A stretch of DNA of 32,000 nt from Pseudomonas aeruginosa (lineage in GTDB: Bacteria; Pseudomonadota; Gammaproteobacteria; Pseudomonadales; Pseudomonadaceae): positions 480,001 to 512,000 of the forward strand of contig NZ_LN831024.1 of assembly GCF_001457615.1 (NCBI RefSeq). Reading direction: 5' to 3'. Both the position numbers and the translations under genes were made by a program. The notes under the pieces are model-generated. The model had not been told where the DNA came from and did not search any database. It worked only from the letters and a program-made list of their open reading frames with translations. Of the stretch, positions 30,438 to 32,000 are shown in pieces (positions within the stretch are counted from its first letter, which is position 1; each line of letters opens with the position of its first letter).

Positions 30438-31016
30438 ATGCGCGTCACCACCCACGCTACCCTGGCCGCGGCCCTGCTGCTCAGCGCCGCCTCCGCGTTC
30501 GCCTTCAATCTCGGGGATGCCGCCAAGGCGGTCGCCGGGGCATCCCAGGGCGACTCCGCCCAGGTAGCCACCACCCCGCAGACCAGCGGTCTGCTCGGCG
30601 CACTCACCGGCCAGCTCGGGGTCAGCCAGGAGCAGGCGGTCGGCGGTACCGGCGCCCTGCTCGGCCTGGCCAAGAACCAGTTGGCCGGCAACGATTATTC
30701 GCAACTGGTTAAGACCATCCCCGGCCTCGACAAGCTGGCCGGCAACAACGCCCTGGCCGGTCTCGGCGGGCTCGGCAACGTGCTCGGCAAGAGCGGCGGC
30801 GACAGCAAGGGCCTCGGTTCGCTGCTCGGCAATGCGGACAGCATGGGCGACGTGAACAAGGCCTTCGGCACCCTGGGCATGGATAGCGGGATGACCGAGA
30901 AGTTCGCCCAGGTGCTGGTCGACTACTTCGGCAAGCAGGGCGCCAACAGCGAGCTGCTGGGCAGCCTGAGCAATCTCTGGGGAGTGAGCAAGGCGGGCGG
31001 CTCGTCGCTGCTCTGA
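30438..31016 (+). CDS. Secreted/exported protein, DUF2780-like
   Basis: 192 aa with signal peptide 'MRVTTHATLAAALLLSAASAFA' and Gly/Leu-rich 'LTGQLGVSQEQAVGGTGALLGLAKNQLAGNDYSQLVKTIPG'. Confidence 0.8.
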   Translation: MRVTTHATLAAALLLSAASAFAFNLGDAAKAVAGASQGDSAQVATTPQTSGLLGALTGQLGVSQEQAVGGTGALLGLAKNQLAGNDYSQLVKTIPGLDKLAGNNALAGLGGLGNVLGKSGGDSKGLGSLLGNADSMGDVNKAFGTLGMDSGMTEKFAQVLVDYFGKQGANSELLGSLSNLWGVSKAGGSSLL

Positions 31017-31033
31017 TCTGCCGCCAGCGGATC

Positions 31034-31141
31034 GGCGGATAACCGCGCTGCGGTTATTCGCCCTACGAAGTGGGTGCGGCGCCCGGATATTCGTTGCCCG
31101 CACCGGTAGGGCGAATAACGCCCCCGGCGTTATCCGCCCTA
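31034..31141. repeat. Interspersed palindromic repeat cluster, second locus
   Basis: 'ggcggataaccgcgctgcggttattcgccctacg' (31034-31067) and the 36-nt near-palindrome 'gtagggcgaataacgccccggcgttatccgccctac' (31106-31141). Confidence 0.8.
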
Positions 31142-31168
31142 CGAGATGGGTGTGCTTCGGCCGGTACT

Positions 31169-32000
31169 TCAGCGCAGTTGCCGCAAGCGGGCGATGCGTT
31201 CGTCCTTTTCTTCCCACATGCGCGAGACCCATTCCTGCACGTACTGGCGGAACACCGGGTCGTTCTCGTAGTCGCCCTGCCACAGGGCGGGATCGATCGG
31301 GCGGGTCTGGATGTCGACGATCACCTTCGGCACCCGTCCGCAGAGCAGGTCCCAGAATCCCGGCACCTTGTCGCTCGGGTAGACCACGGTGACGTCGAGC
31401 AGGGCGTCCAGTTGCTCGCCCAGCGCGGCGAGGACGAAGGCCACCCCGCCGGCCTTGGGCTTGAGCAGGTGGCGATAGGGCGACTGTTGCCGGGCCTTCT
31501 TCTGCTCGCTGAAACGCGTGCCTTCCAGGTAGTTCACCACGGTCACCGGGATGCGCTTGAACTTCTCGCAGGCGGCCTTGGTGATCTCCAGGTCCTTGCC
31601 CTTGAGTTCCGGGTGCTTCTCCAGGAAGGCCTTGGAATAGCGCTTCATGAACGGATACTCCAGCGCCCACCAGGCCAGGCCGAGGAAGGGCACCCAGATC
31701 AGCTCCTTCTTGAGGAAGAACTTGAAGTACGGGGTGCGCCGGTTGAACACCTGGATCAACGCGGGGATGTCGACCCAGGACTGGTGGTTGCTCACCACCA
31801 GGTACGAGGTGTCCTGGCGCAGGTCGCTGGCGCCGCGCACGTCCCAGACCGTCGGCGTGCAGGTGGCGAAGATCCACTTGTCGATCTCCGCCCAGGTCTC
31901 GGCGATCCACATCACGCCCCTGGAGCAGAGGTCTTTCAGGCGCTGGCCGGGGAGCACCAGCTTGAGCAGTGCGATCAGCATCATCGGGCCGATCAGGATC
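31169..32000 (-). CDS. 1-acyl-sn-glycerol-3-phosphate acyltransferase-like protein (PlsC/YihG type); 5' end probably beyond the window
   Basis: 'YLVVSNHQSWVDIPAL' (HX4D-like NHQSWVD), 'FLKKELIWVPFLGLAWWALEYPFMKR' and 'NYLEGTRFSEQKK'. The frame is open to the window edge upstream of Met 31984. Confidence 0.9.
   Translation of the reverse strand, partial: ILIGPMMLIALLKLVLPGQRLKDLCSRGVMWIAETWAEIDKWIFATCTPTVWDVRGASDLRQDTSYLVVSNHQSWVDIPALIQVFNRRTPYFKFFLKKELIWVPFLGLAWWALEYPFMKRYSKAFLEKHPELKGKDLEITKAACEKFKRIPVTVVNYLEGTRFSEQKKARQQSPYRHLLKPKAGGVAFVLAALGEQLDALLDVTVVYPSDKVPGFWDLLCGRVPKVIVDIQTRPIDPALWQGDYENDPVFRQYVQEWVSRMWEEKDERIARLRQLR

Noticed and set aside
26478-31016. 1512-aa plus-strand ORF
   Set aside because: Composite artefact of GC-rich DNA: antisense to the MFS gene, then an alternative frame of clpG, then running into the true 30438-31016 gene. 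Low-complexity Arg/Ala/Gly/Pro-rich translation with no domain until the final 192 residues.

Overview
This 32-kb window is GC-rich chromosomal sequence with ORF content and gene order matching my recollection of the Pseudomonas aeruginosa core genome (roughly the PA0436-PA0461 interval of PAO1; from memory, no search run). I can support 21 protein-coding genes. (1) Bases 1-10878 carry what looks like a complete reductive pyrimidine-catabolism cluster: TetR/RutR-like regulator, cytosine deaminase, cytosine permease, PreA/PreT dihydropyrimidine dehydrogenase, dihydropyrimidinase, an NCS1 transporter and an N-carbamoyl-beta-alanine/allantoate-type amidohydrolase. (2) Bases 11078-14731 carry a glutarate/glutaryl-CoA module: CoA-transferase family III, glutaryl-CoA dehydrogenase and a divergent LysR regulator. 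(3) The rest is mixed housekeeping: acyl-CoA thioesterase, Pit phosphate permease, NfeD-protease/stomatin pair, lone solute-binding protein, FUSC/YccS-like membrane protein, DbpA helicase, cold-shock protein, retropepsin-like 'ATP-dependent zinc protease', YkvA-like protein, DHA2 MFS exporter, ClpG-type disaggregase, DUF2780-like secreted protein and PlsC acyltransferase. There is no CRISPR array, prophage, transposase, rRNA or tRNA that I can support, and no convincing previously undescribed defence or mobile system. The best second-look items are non-coding or architectural: a perfect 24-bp palindrome and two long perfect inverted repeats in the AT-rich dht/NCS1 intergenic region, a T-N11-A palindrome between gcdH and the LysR gene, two anti-Shine-Dalgarno heptamers in the cold-shock leader, the ClpG-type protein (N-terminal Cys/His motif, no evident ClpP loop, Lys/Ala-rich tail), and an interspersed palindromic repeat family present at two sites 20 kb apart.
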